From the NCBI GenBank assembly GCA_048296855.1, contig CP182631.1: a DNA stretch of 64,000 nucleotides; one strand, written 5' to 3'. The notes beneath the pieces are model-generated. The model did no database searches and was not told the DNA's origin. It saw nothing but the letters and a program-made list of their open reading frames with translations. This document shows, piece by piece, positions 39,737 to 48,767 of the stretch (within the stretch, counting starts at the first letter, position 1; each line of letters opens with the position of its first letter). The translations under genes and the position numbers were made by a program. Origin of the DNA: Colwellia sp. RE-S-Sl-9. GTDB taxonomy: Bacteria; Pseudomonadota; Gammaproteobacteria; Enterobacterales; Alteromonadaceae.

Positions 39737-41339
39737 TCTAGTTATAATAGGCTCTGGGATCGCTGCTACAGCTCTTTCCCATAAGGTATTAGAAAAAAAT
39801 AAAAATGCATCTATTTTAATGTTAGAAGCTGGACAAAAAGTAAAAATGCAAGATGCAGCCCTTTGGCAAGATTACATTGTAAGCGGCAAACTACCCTACT
39901 CTAAATTTAATGATCAAGCATACCCAGAAAGAGATATACCAGGACAAAATCAAAATATTGGAGCAACCGTAGTTCCATTAGCGGGGTCAAGAGTAATGAC
40001 ATATGGAGGATCAACAATACATTGGGGTGGTTGGTCTTTCCGTTTAAAGCCTGAAGATTTTTTAATGAAAACCAATACCAACACAAGTATTGATTGGCCC
40101 ATTGATTACGAGACTCTAGAGCCTTATTACGGACAGGCTGAACACTATATTGGCGTTTCTGGAGATTCAAAGAACTTAAATCCACCACGCTCCACACCTT
40201 ATCCATTTCCTGCGTTTCCATTCACATTTGAAGACAGCAGCATAGCTTCAGCAATAAAATCTCTTAATATGGACTTTTCAAATGTACCTATTGCAAGACA
40301 CGGTATATTAAGTAGCTCAACGTTCAACGCACCTTGTAAAACAACCGGTACATGTAAATATTGTCCTTTTGGTGCTAGGTACGCTGCCACGAATTTTTTA
40401 AATCATATGAGTGATGAAAAAGATTACCCTAATTTAGAAATTCGAATTAACAGCATAGTTAATACCATTGATATGGATACTAAACAAAGAGCAAAAGGAG
40501 TGACTTATTTTGATAAAACAACTAAAAAAACTATGAGTGTATCCGCTAAAATAGTAATTGTGGCTGGTGGAGCTATCGAATCTCCTAAATTATTACAACG
40601 TTCAACATCTGACTTTTGGATAAATGGAATAGGTAATGATGAAGGAAATGTTGGTCGCTACTTTGTTACTCACCCTTACTTTATTTTTAGCGCCAATATC
40701 GCAGAAAATAAATCCCTTAAACAACCAGAAATGAACTTCCCTACACTTTGTAGTCGTCACTACGACAATGAATTTGAACAAAAAAAAGGAAAATTTATAT
40801 TAATACACCCACCTAGTTCACCTCAAATTGATATTGCCACTTTAATGAAAAACGGTAATACGCGAGAAGAAATTGAAGAAAGTATTAGAGGTTCAAACAC
40901 GGTTCAAATACACGGAATGGTGGAAATATTTAGCGAATATAAGAACAACATAACTAACTTACCAGGAGCCAAAAACCAAATAGGTCTACCTCAAACCATT
41001 GTAGATTATTCTCAATCGCCAGAATTTAACGATCGTATGACTTATATTCAATCCAAAGTTGAAGAGATTTTTAAAAAAATGGATGCAAAAATACAAGGAA
41101 AACCAACAATTTCATGGCGAGCGGATCATTCTGCATGTACTTGTAGAATGAGTGAAGACCCCAAAAAAGGTGTTACAGATAAAAACATGAAAATACATGG
41201 CGTTGATAATATATATGTTTGCTCAAATGCTGCATTTACCTCTACGGGTGCAATCAACCCCACATTAACATTAACCGCTTTATCTTTAAGGCTTGGCGAT
41301 CATATAAACACACAACTGGAGGCGTTAGATCATGAATGA
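39726..41339 (+). CDS. GMC-fold FAD-dependent oxidoreductase (choline dehydrogenase/glucose-methanol-choline family-like)
   Basis: 537 aa starting 'MKYDLVIIGSGIAAT' (Rossmann GxGxxG/A). The C-terminal GMC substrate-domain region contains His/Asn active-site-like residues. Start ATG at 39726 overlaps the upstream stop. Confidence 0.7.
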   Translation: MKYDLVIIGSGIAATALSHKVLEKNKNASILMLEAGQKVKMQDAALWQDYIVSGKLPYSKFNDQAYPERDIPGQNQNIGATVVPLAGSRVMTYGGSTIHWGGWSFRLKPEDFLMKTNTNTSIDWPIDYETLEPYYGQAEHYIGVSGDSKNLNPPRSTPYPFPAFPFTFEDSSIASAIKSLNMDFSNVPIARHGILSSSTFNAPCKTTGTCKYCPFGARYAATNFLNHMSDEKDYPNLEIRINSIVNTIDMDTKQRAKGVTYFDKTTKKTMSVSAKIVIVAGGAIESPKLLQRSTSDFWINGIGNDEGNVGRYFVTHPYFIFSANIAENKSLKQPEMNFPTLCSRHYDNEFEQKKGKFILIHPPSSPQIDIATLMKNGNTREEIEESIRGSNTVQIHGMVEIFSEYKNNITNLPGAKNQIGLPQTIVDYSQSPEFNDRMTYIQSKVEEIFKKMDAKIQGKPTISWRADHSACTCRMSEDPKKGVTDKNMKIHGVDNIYVCSNAAFTSTGAINPTLTLTALSLRLGDHINTQLEALDHE

Positions 41340-42807
41340 TTTACAACTTCGCAAACAAGAGTTAATTGATAATTTGCATAAAGCACTGGAATTAGAGTTA
41401 TCAACTATACCGCCTTATTTAACTGCACTTTTAAGTATTAAGCCAAATACTAATAAAAAGTCTGCCGCACTTATTCATAGTGTAGCCATGGAAGAAATGT
41501 TACATATGCTTCTCGTGTGTAACTTAATAGCGAGTATAGGTGGCAAAGTAACCTTTAATAAAAAAAACGTTCCCACTTACCCTCTTACATTAGAATTTAA
41601 GGGGGAAAAATTTAAAGACCGTGAATTTGAGATTAACTTAGAAAAATTCAGCGAATCGGCAATTGACACATTTTTAAAAATAGAAATGCCGACTGAATTT
41701 ATTGGTCGTAAAAAAAGTATGCTGCGTTCATCAGAAATGGAAATTCCGGGTATTACCATTGGTGCATTTTATGAACAGCTAAAGCACCAACTCAATGAAG
41801 CGTGTGATGTATTTTCTGAACCAGAAGTCTTTAGCGGAGATCCTGCCAATCAACTCGGTGAGAACTTTTATTGGAAAGGCGATGGCGAGCCAATTAAAGT
41901 AGTAGATTTAGCATCAGCCCATAAAGCAATAGACCTAATAATAACCCAAGGTGAAGGTTGCTCAGATTCAATTTTTGATTTAGACACTAAATACTTTAAT
42001 CAAAGAGCAGATATAGCACATTACTTTAAATTTAATGAAATAAAGCACCATAGATCATATCAAGAAACGGATACACCAACAGAGCCACCTACTGGTGAAG
42101 CCTTTGATGTTAATTATCACCAAGCTTATCCATTATTAAAAAACCCAACAACACAAAGTTATGAAAACAGCCCTGTACTATCAAGCTTAAACAAGCAATT
42201 TAATAGCAACTATTCAGTTATGCTGTATCAAATTGCTGAAGCGTTTAATGGCTCACCTAATGTGTTGTACACAGCAATAAATAATGGCATGAGAAGCTTA
42301 AGCCCTATTGCACTGCAAATGATGGAAATACCCGTTCCTAACCATGAAAACTACCGTGGCACCCCCTCCTTCGAATGGATAGAACCCGAATTTGATAAAA
42401 AGAGTCAGGTTCAAGAAATATCACTTATTTCAAAATGGCAATTATTAGATGGCTGCCCTCCTGAGTTATATCAAGAGCTAAACAACCTAGCTAATAAAGT
42501 AAAAGAAGAAGCTGGCACATTGATGTACTTAGTACATCTACAATCGGAAAAGCCGCTTAATCAGGAGAGTAAACCTATAATACCCGAGCCTTCAGAAATC
42601 CCCTTAACACAACAAACCGAAGTTATATTTATAGAAATATATAAAGATGCTCAAGCTTTTAGTGATCATGTAACAGGTGAAATTTTTAATACATTCAAAG
42701 ATAAATATTTTAAATATTTCAAGCCTGATCCAATAACAAAAGGCTGGCCATTAACCAAAACAGAATTTTTAACTCGTAGATCTGGTTTTATTAAAAACGG
42801 AATTTGA
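41332..42807 (+). CDS. ferritin-like (ExxH di-metal) domain protein, hypothetical oxygenase/oxidase partner
   Basis: 491 aa. The N-terminal helices 'ALELELSTIPPYLTAL' and 'AMEEMLHMLLV' (E...ExxH) resemble a ferritin-like four-helix-bundle di-iron site. The start overlaps the GMC gene stop by 8 bp. Confidence 0.55.
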   Translation: MNDLQLRKQELIDNLHKALELELSTIPPYLTALLSIKPNTNKKSAALIHSVAMEEMLHMLLVCNLIASIGGKVTFNKKNVPTYPLTLEFKGEKFKDREFEINLEKFSESAIDTFLKIEMPTEFIGRKKSMLRSSEMEIPGITIGAFYEQLKHQLNEACDVFSEPEVFSGDPANQLGENFYWKGDGEPIKVVDLASAHKAIDLIITQGEGCSDSIFDLDTKYFNQRADIAHYFKFNEIKHHRSYQETDTPTEPPTGEAFDVNYHQAYPLLKNPTTQSYENSPVLSSLNKQFNSNYSVMLYQIAEAFNGSPNVLYTAINNGMRSLSPIALQMMEIPVPNHENYRGTPSFEWIEPEFDKKSQVQEISLISKWQLLDGCPPELYQELNNLANKVKEEAGTLMYLVHLQSEKPLNQESKPIIPEPSEIPLTQQTEVIFIEIYKDAQAFSDHVTGEIFNTFKDKYFKYFKPDPITKGWPLTKTEFLTRRSGFIKNGI

Positions 42808-42834
42808 GCATTTCCAAAACACAATTTTAGAAAT

Positions 42835-42910
42835 AGCCTAAAATAATAGAAAAGGGTAATAACATCGCTGTTGTTACCCTTTTTAATATTCTTTACTTTT
42901 TGCAATCATT
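42835..42910. repeat. hairpin-terminator repeat element, family member A (AAAGGGTAATAACA-tcgc-TGTTGTTACCCTTTTT ...)
   Basis: About 75-80% identical over ~70 bp to the element at 48345-48420. Stem plus T-run. Lies between convergent genes. Confidence 0.65.
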
Positions 42911-43109
42911 AAAATACTAGCTATTTTCAGACATCGTATTAATGGTATATACACATTAAAACAAATTAAAATTACAACTTATCTTAGGCTATCTAATAAT
43001 AAATTCAGACTTATAAAAACCTGTGTTGTATTATTAGACGCCTTTATTAAAGAGAGTAAACTAACATTGTTTTTAATCATTAGATTACCCCGTTTAGACG
43101 GTATCTAGA

Positions 43110-43667
43110 TTACTTATTTTGACACTTTTGAACTAAATACTTTCTTAACAATATAAAAACACCTAAAGCAAATAATGCGATTGCAGGAGACTCAGGAACC
43201 TCCTGTGCGGCAATTGATTCACCTAAAAAGTTTTGCACATCTAAGTAATCTAAGCTGGTATTTATTGGCGAATTAGTATCCATCAACGCAGTAAAACTAG
43301 CAGTACCTAATTTGAATGAGGTACTTAACTCGTTTTGCCAGTCATCTAAAAACTCAACTTGTAACGTTAACGGTGAAAACCCAAAATCGTCAAAAGCATC
43401 GGTATAGGTACTATTATTGAAAACGTTATTATCAAAAATAAAACCATCAAAAGCTAAATCAGCGTCATTGAATGATAAATCGAATTCCAACCAATATGTT
43501 TCTGAATTTATTGAATTAACAAAAACATCCATCGTAACTATATCATCTTTGTTATATGTAACTTCATCAAAATCAACAATGATTAATGATGCCGTACTAG
43601 CCCATGAAACAAAGAGTGAAATCACGGCAAGGCTTTTTATTAAATTTAACATTATTGAACTCCACAA
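43110..43667 (-). CDS. secreted protein with C-terminal PEP-CTERM-like sorting signal
   Basis: 185 aa with a signal peptide and a C-terminal '...VPESPAIALFALGVFILLRK' (P-E-x-P + TM + basic) motif. Overlaps the upstream gene by 16 bp. Confidence 0.55.
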   Translation of the reverse strand: MWSSIMLNLIKSLAVISLFVSWASTASLIIVDFDEVTYNKDDIVTMDVFVNSINSETYWLEFDLSFNDADLAFDGFIFDNNVFNNSTYTDAFDDFGFSPLTLQVEFLDDWQNELSTSFKLGTASFTALMDTNSPINTSLDYLDVQNFLGESIAAQEVPESPAIALFALGVFILLRKYLVQKCQNK

Positions 43668-46144
43668 CGGCTATATGTACATAAGTTAACTAAGTAACGA
43701 CTGTCTTGACGATTAATCACACCATCATTATTTAAGTCATATACTTGATGTAAATTATGAGTGCCTCGTAATGCAGAGGTAAATGCTCTGACATCCATAG
43801 TATCAACATCTTGATCACCGTCTAAGTCACCTAAAACACCTATGTTCTTATCAAACGGTAAGTGATCAATCTCATCATTAACACCATCGTTATCATCATC
43901 TGAATCAATAAGGTCACCTAAATCATCATTATCAAAGTCGTTATCAATAGTTAATCTTGCAATGCCTTTATCGTATGTTTTGCCATCAGAAGCCGTGAAT
44001 TGTGCATATAAGAAATAAAAGTTTCCTTCAGGAAGCTCGCTGTTAGCTTTTGCTCCCGCCAACGGAATAGAGAGTGTTGAAGTCGCGGTTTGTTCTCCAA
44101 TAACGCTACCGTCAATTACCACTATATCGTTCACCAAACTCCAATCAGAACGAAGTTCGCGTAAAAATACTTTTAAACCGCCAACACCATCTGTAACAAG
44201 GTTACCAGTCCCCGCTTCAACATTAACTTTTACCTGCATAGGTTTAGTCGTTAAATGCGTTGTATTACGGTACTTTGCGTCATCATCAAATGAAAGAGAT
44301 GGTTCTACCGGTGTAGGTTCTGGCTCAACACTTACACAACCTTCACATAACAATTTAAAAGTACGTACGTAGTCATATGATGTAGTACGTTGCTCTTCTG
44401 TACCAGCTTTAACCATTCCACCATCTTCTGGCACTTCATTCCAGTCATAGGTTTCTATTGCCATTTGAATCCACATTTCCTGATCAAATGCAATGGGATG
44501 CACTATGCTGTAAACAAGCTGACCATCTAAGTAAAAGTCGATTTCATTCTGTGATTTCCAGTGAGCGCCATAGATATAATAACGTTCAGTTGTTTTCTTG
44601 CCAGCTGGCACCATTGTAGAATTTTGTCGTCTGTTTTCGTCATTACAACTTGTTTGACGATGAAACATATTTGAATGATAAATATGTTCCCAATCCATTG
44701 CCCAACTGTGAGTCAAACCTTCGTTAACTTTACCGATAGTTTCTTGGATATCAATCTCGAACATTGTCTTACAATCACTATTTTTACTCATTAACCAAAA
44801 CGTTGATGACATTTCTGTTTGGTTAGCTTTCATTTTGGCTTCGTAGTAATAAGATACACCGTCCTTAGGTGCGCTTGTTGGGAAAATAGAACGAATTATT
44901 GCGCCTTTATATTTAAAGTAGGCTTGTTTAAAGTTTCCATTTGCATCTTTATAAGGAGTATCTAACCATTGCGGACCACCTTCTAATTCATCAACGGTAA
45001 TTTTTAAGTTGCCGTCATTAACGCTAACCGTATCTGTAGTAAATAAACCTGGTGCTCTACCTGTCCATAACCAACCGTTTCCTACTGGCTCTACTTGCCA
45101 TTTATCAGCATTAATATTAGCACCTTCAAATTCGTCAGACATGTTATCGATTTTCAGCCAATTCATACCTGGAAAAGCCGGTGTTTGTACCCCTTGGAAA
45201 AACGGAACGTCAGTTATTGCACCAACACTAGCGTTTCTTGGCGCTGAATCTATTTCATCACTCGCACCATCATTATCGTCATCTGTATCAATTGAATCGA
45301 CAATACTGTCACCATCAAAATCACTATCGATATTAATATTTGCGATACTACTGTTATAAACATTTCCATTTGATGAACCAAATTCAGCAAATAAGAAATA
45401 GAAATTTCCGTCAGGAAGTTGATTGCTTGGTACTAAACCATTTAACGGAATCAGAATATTTGAAACGGCTGTTTGCTTACCAATTACACTATCATCGAAA
45501 ACTACAGTGTCTTTTACTAGCTGCCAATTAGATTTTAATTCGCGTAAATAAACTTTAAGACCACCTTTAGTATTATTTACAATATTGCCAGCACCCGCTT
45601 CAACATCAATAGTTACGTTAAGTGAACCTGTATTAGCATAAGTGCTAGTTTTTATATGATCACTTCCTTGAATAGTCAAAGAAGGAGCGACTTGTGCAGC
45701 TTCTATGTTTATACCGGCTACATTTACTGTGTAAGCATTTCCATCTGAAGAGAAAAACTTTACAAATAGGAAGTAAAAGTGCCCATCAGGAAGGTTTGCT
45801 GTTGCTGTTAATCCTTGTAAAGGGATCTCAACATTTGAAGTGCCACTCGTTTTGCCTATTGCTGATGCATCTGAAACAATTGTGTCTTTCACTACAGACC
45901 AATTTGAACGAAGTTCTCTTAAAAAATATTTAACTCCTCCTAATTGGTTCGTAACCGTGTTGTTATCACCAGCATGATAATTCACACTTACAGGTAAAAC
46001 GCTATTGGTTTGATATACGTTTTGCGTATATTGTGTTGCATTGTCAAAAGTTACCGAAGCTGCAGTTTGAGCATTACTCTCAAACGGGAGCCACGACAAA
46101 ACGACGGTCAAAAATATTCCGAACATTGTTATTGTTTTATTCAT
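43652..46144 (-). CDS. secreted multidomain GH16-family glycoside hydrolase with triplicated ~95-aa domain, TSP3-like Ca-binding repeats and dockerin-like C-terminus
   Basis: 830 aa with a signal peptide and the GH16 catalytic motif 'EIDIQE' (E-x-D-x-x-E). A homologous module (…GGLKV[YF]LRELKSNW…LPDGNFYFLFA…) occurs three times. There are two acidic D-x-D-x-D repeats and C-terminal 'DLDGDQDVD ... DLNNDGVINRQD' dockerin-type loops. Confidence 0.7.
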   Translation of the reverse strand: MNKTITMFGIFLTVVLSWLPFESNAQTAASVTFDNATQYTQNVYQTNSVLPVSVNYHAGDNNTVTNQLGGVKYFLRELRSNWSVVKDTIVSDASAIGKTSGTSNVEIPLQGLTATANLPDGHFYFLFVKFFSSDGNAYTVNVAGINIEAAQVAPSLTIQGSDHIKTSTYANTGSLNVTIDVEAGAGNIVNNTKGGLKVYLRELKSNWQLVKDTVVFDDSVIGKQTAVSNILIPLNGLVPSNQLPDGNFYFLFAEFGSSNGNVYNSSIANINIDSDFDGDSIVDSIDTDDDNDGASDEIDSAPRNASVGAITDVPFFQGVQTPAFPGMNWLKIDNMSDEFEGANINADKWQVEPVGNGWLWTGRAPGLFTTDTVSVNDGNLKITVDELEGGPQWLDTPYKDANGNFKQAYFKYKGAIIRSIFPTSAPKDGVSYYYEAKMKANQTEMSSTFWLMSKNSDCKTMFEIDIQETIGKVNEGLTHSWAMDWEHIYHSNMFHRQTSCNDENRRQNSTMVPAGKKTTERYYIYGAHWKSQNEIDFYLDGQLVYSIVHPIAFDQEMWIQMAIETYDWNEVPEDGGMVKAGTEEQRTTSYDYVRTFKLLCEGCVSVEPEPTPVEPSLSFDDDAKYRNTTHLTTKPMQVKVNVEAGTGNLVTDGVGGLKVFLRELRSDWSLVNDIVVIDGSVIGEQTATSTLSIPLAGAKANSELPEGNFYFLYAQFTASDGKTYDKGIARLTIDNDFDNDDLGDLIDSDDDNDGVNDEIDHLPFDKNIGVLGDLDGDQDVDTMDVRAFTSALRGTHNLHQVYDLNNDGVINRQDSRYLVNLCTYSRCGVQ

Positions 46145-46864
46145 TATATTTACCCTATTAATTGATCACTAAATAAACCTAAATTAAGGTATTTATTAGA
46201 AATCAAATATTGATTTTTTAATCTAGTGTTCTTGTTACTTAGTTTGTTATAAAAATTTGTAACATTAGCCACTGCATAGAAACGTAATAAAAATATAATA
46301 TTTTTCTTTAGTCATAACCATGGAACTCATTAATTGAAAGCTCCAAAATAGACCAAAGATAAAATCCCCGATTTATCAGCGTTACCTTCATAAATTCCTC
46401 GACTTTACTTCCCTATAGGAGTTAATAGTTAAGGATAATTACTCTTAAATACTATATTTTTAGGTTTCTTTAAATCAATTCATTTACTTACTTTTAACAT
46501 GTAAGCCAATGTTTTAACTTACGTTTACTAACAGTAAAGTTTGGTAATGGAAGGTAAGGACTCTTTGGCTTACGTAATTTAACGTTAAACACGTAGAAAC
46601 AGTTTTAAAATGAATAAATAAGTAACTCTTACTATAAAAAAACACTGAGCAAACATTCATATGTCAGTTTAGCTCGAATTAAAAGAACCCTTTAAGATTA
46701 ATAGGTTTCAAAGGTTCTGAATATTTTGTTAAATTTGTTGTGTTTTTTAACAGAATTGTTTTTAACAGATGCTAAAAGGCCAGTGATTTCTAAAAAAAAC
46801 ACTGCATAATTAAGTGAAGCCTATCTTATTGAATCTAAGCGACATCACGTTAAGAGATGATCAG

Positions 46865-48187
46865 CTAATCATTATTATTCCAGATTGCATTTGCATCTAC
46901 TTTATCAATACTCAAAATTTTGGAATTTAGGTGTGAATGATTAAAACTAGCGACTTCAAAAAGTATTTCGAAATTAGTTAAAGATTTATCTGATACATTT
47001 GCTGAATCAACATCTAAATTAAGAGAAGATAAATTTTTTGGATTTGTTATGAATTGGGAAACAGACATAATAGCAGCATCAGTAAATCCAGATATTATGT
47101 ACAATACATTACCTGTCGCTCCCTGATATTTCGAAAAAAGACCATAATCAGTATAGCCTGAATAAAATGGTGGAATTAATTTATAGTTTTTACCTGTTTT
47201 CTTATTTATAAAATTAAACTGTGCGCTTAAATCGTAATTTGACCCCTGATAAAAGCCATATAACTGGTCAAAATCTACAAATTTACCTATATACACAATG
47301 TTATAATTATTGATCTCTTCAGCAGATAAATCTGATGACATTTTTACTTTATAAAGCTCCTTGTTTTGAATAATAGGTACTATGTCAGCCAACGCAATTA
47401 CTGCACCTTTTGGTGCAAATTTTTTATTGGGTAGGTTCTGAAAATTTAATTCAGGTTTTTCCTTAAGAAATGTCATTAACTCAGTTGTACCATTCACAAA
47501 ATGATTTCTCATTAAGCTTTCTATTTTTTTAGGTGAGTTATCTACAACCTTATAGAAAAATGAATCACCAATAACAATAAGCGTTTTTTTGTTATTTTCG
47601 TTTAAGTCTTTCCATATAGGGTGATTTTGTATAACCATTTCAGGATCATTATTTAGATAATCGTTATTAATAATCACGAATATATTCAATAATAGGGATA
47701 ATGAAAAAATAACACCTAACGTCCAAATTAATGGTGAACTATTTAATTGATACTTTGGCTGAGGAATATTTAATAGAGAGTTTTCGACAACATCTATGTT
47801 CGCTAAGTCAGCTGATTGTGATTCAGTTTTAAAAAAGGTTAATTCATACTTCCCATGAGGTATGGTTAGTTGAAAGCGTTCATTTTCACCTTCATTTACA
47901 TAATATCTTTCTAATTTTTTTCTTAAGTTTGAAATGTAAACTCTGACTGAAGCGTCGTCGGAAGGATTATATTCATCCCCTTTATTAAATACTGCTTTAG
48001 CAATCATCACTTCGCTAGGCGGCGAAGACGTTTCTGATTCTGCTGCTATTTGCGCTACCGTATTGTCTACAAGGTAATTAAGTAATGCTATATATTTGTC
48101 TGAACGACCGAAAGACTGGCTATCCTTTATCCGTTCTAGCTGAACAAGTAACTCTTCCTTTTGAGGAAAGAACTTTTTTTGCTTCAT
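46865..48187 (-). CDS. ToxR/CadC-like membrane-anchored transcriptional regulator (N-terminal OmpR/PhoB-type winged helix, single TM, periplasmic domain)
   Basis: 440 aa. Winged-helix signature 'YIALLNYLVDN...VRVYISNLRKKLE', a hydrophobic TM helix around residue 150, and a large C-terminal domain. Confidence 0.5.
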   Translation of the reverse strand: MKQKKFFPQKEELLVQLERIKDSQSFGRSDKYIALLNYLVDNTVAQIAAESETSSPPSEVMIAKAVFNKGDEYNPSDDASVRVYISNLRKKLERYYVNEGENERFQLTIPHGKYELTFFKTESQSADLANIDVVENSLLNIPQPKYQLNSSPLIWTLGVIFSLSLLLNIFVIINNDYLNNDPEMVIQNHPIWKDLNENNKKTLIVIGDSFFYKVVDNSPKKIESLMRNHFVNGTTELMTFLKEKPELNFQNLPNKKFAPKGAVIALADIVPIIQNKELYKVKMSSDLSAEEINNYNIVYIGKFVDFDQLYGFYQGSNYDLSAQFNFINKKTGKNYKLIPPFYSGYTDYGLFSKYQGATGNVLYIISGFTDAAIMSVSQFITNPKNLSSLNLDVDSANVSDKSLTNFEILFEVASFNHSHLNSKILSIDKVDANAIWNNND

Positions 48188-48344
48188 TAATCACCCCTTA
48201 TTTTGTATATAAATTAACAATATCATATTCAATAGAAATAAGTCACTGCATGTTTATTTAGCAGAAGGGCGAACTTCAAGTTAAGTTAAAACTGTTCTAA
48301 ATTTTTAGTGAAAAATACTGGAGAAATATAGGAATTGAAGTTAA

Positions 48345-48420
48345 AAATCTAAAGTAAAAAAGGATAATAACATCACTATTATTATCCTTTTTTTTATCAT
48401 TCTTTTTTCACAATCAGTAC
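48345..48420. repeat. hairpin-terminator repeat element, family member B (AAAAAGGATAATAA-catcacta-TTATTATCCTTTTTTTT); bidirectional terminator of the isc operon
   Basis: 10-bp perfect stem at 48361-48370 / 48379-48388, an A-run upstream and an 8-T run downstream. The flanking ~30 bp are also similar to the element at 42835. Confidence 0.7.
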
Positions 48421-48424
48421 AATA

Positions 48425-48763
48425 TTAGTGGTTTTCAGACACCATATTTACCGTGTATTTTGGAATTTCAACAACAAGATCAATATCACCAACAATGGCT
48501 TGGCAACCTAAACGAGAATCAGGTTCTAAACCCCATGCTCTATCTAGCATGTCTTCTTCAAGCTCGTCGCTTTCTGCAATAGAGTCGAAACCTTCACGAA
48601 TAATAATATGACATGTTGTACATGCACATACTTTTTCACAAGCGTGTTCAATACCTATGTCGTTTTTTAGCGCAACATTCAGTACACTTTCGCCTGGTTC
48701 TGCATCTAATACAGCACCGTCTGGGCAAAGTTCTTCGTTAGGTAAAAATATAATTTTTGGCAT
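48425..48763 (-). CDS. fdx: ISC-system [2Fe-2S] ferredoxin
   Basis: 112 aa with an adrenodoxin-type Cys pattern (C...CACTTCH...C). Last gene of the isc operon. Confidence 0.9.
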   Translation of the reverse strand: MPKIIFLPNEELCPDGAVLDAEPGESVLNVALKNDIGIEHACEKVCACTTCHIIIREGFDSIAESDELEEDMLDRAWGLEPDSRLGCQAIVGDIDLVVEIPKYTVNMVSENH

Positions 48764-48767
48764 GTTA

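Noticed and set aside
46683-46730. Imperfect hairpin GAACC(C)TTTAAG...CAAAGGTTC with a T-run on the minus strand, downstream of the ToxR-like gene.
   Set aside because: The stem has several mismatches. It is plausibly the terminator of the 46865-48187 gene, but too weak to annotate confidently.
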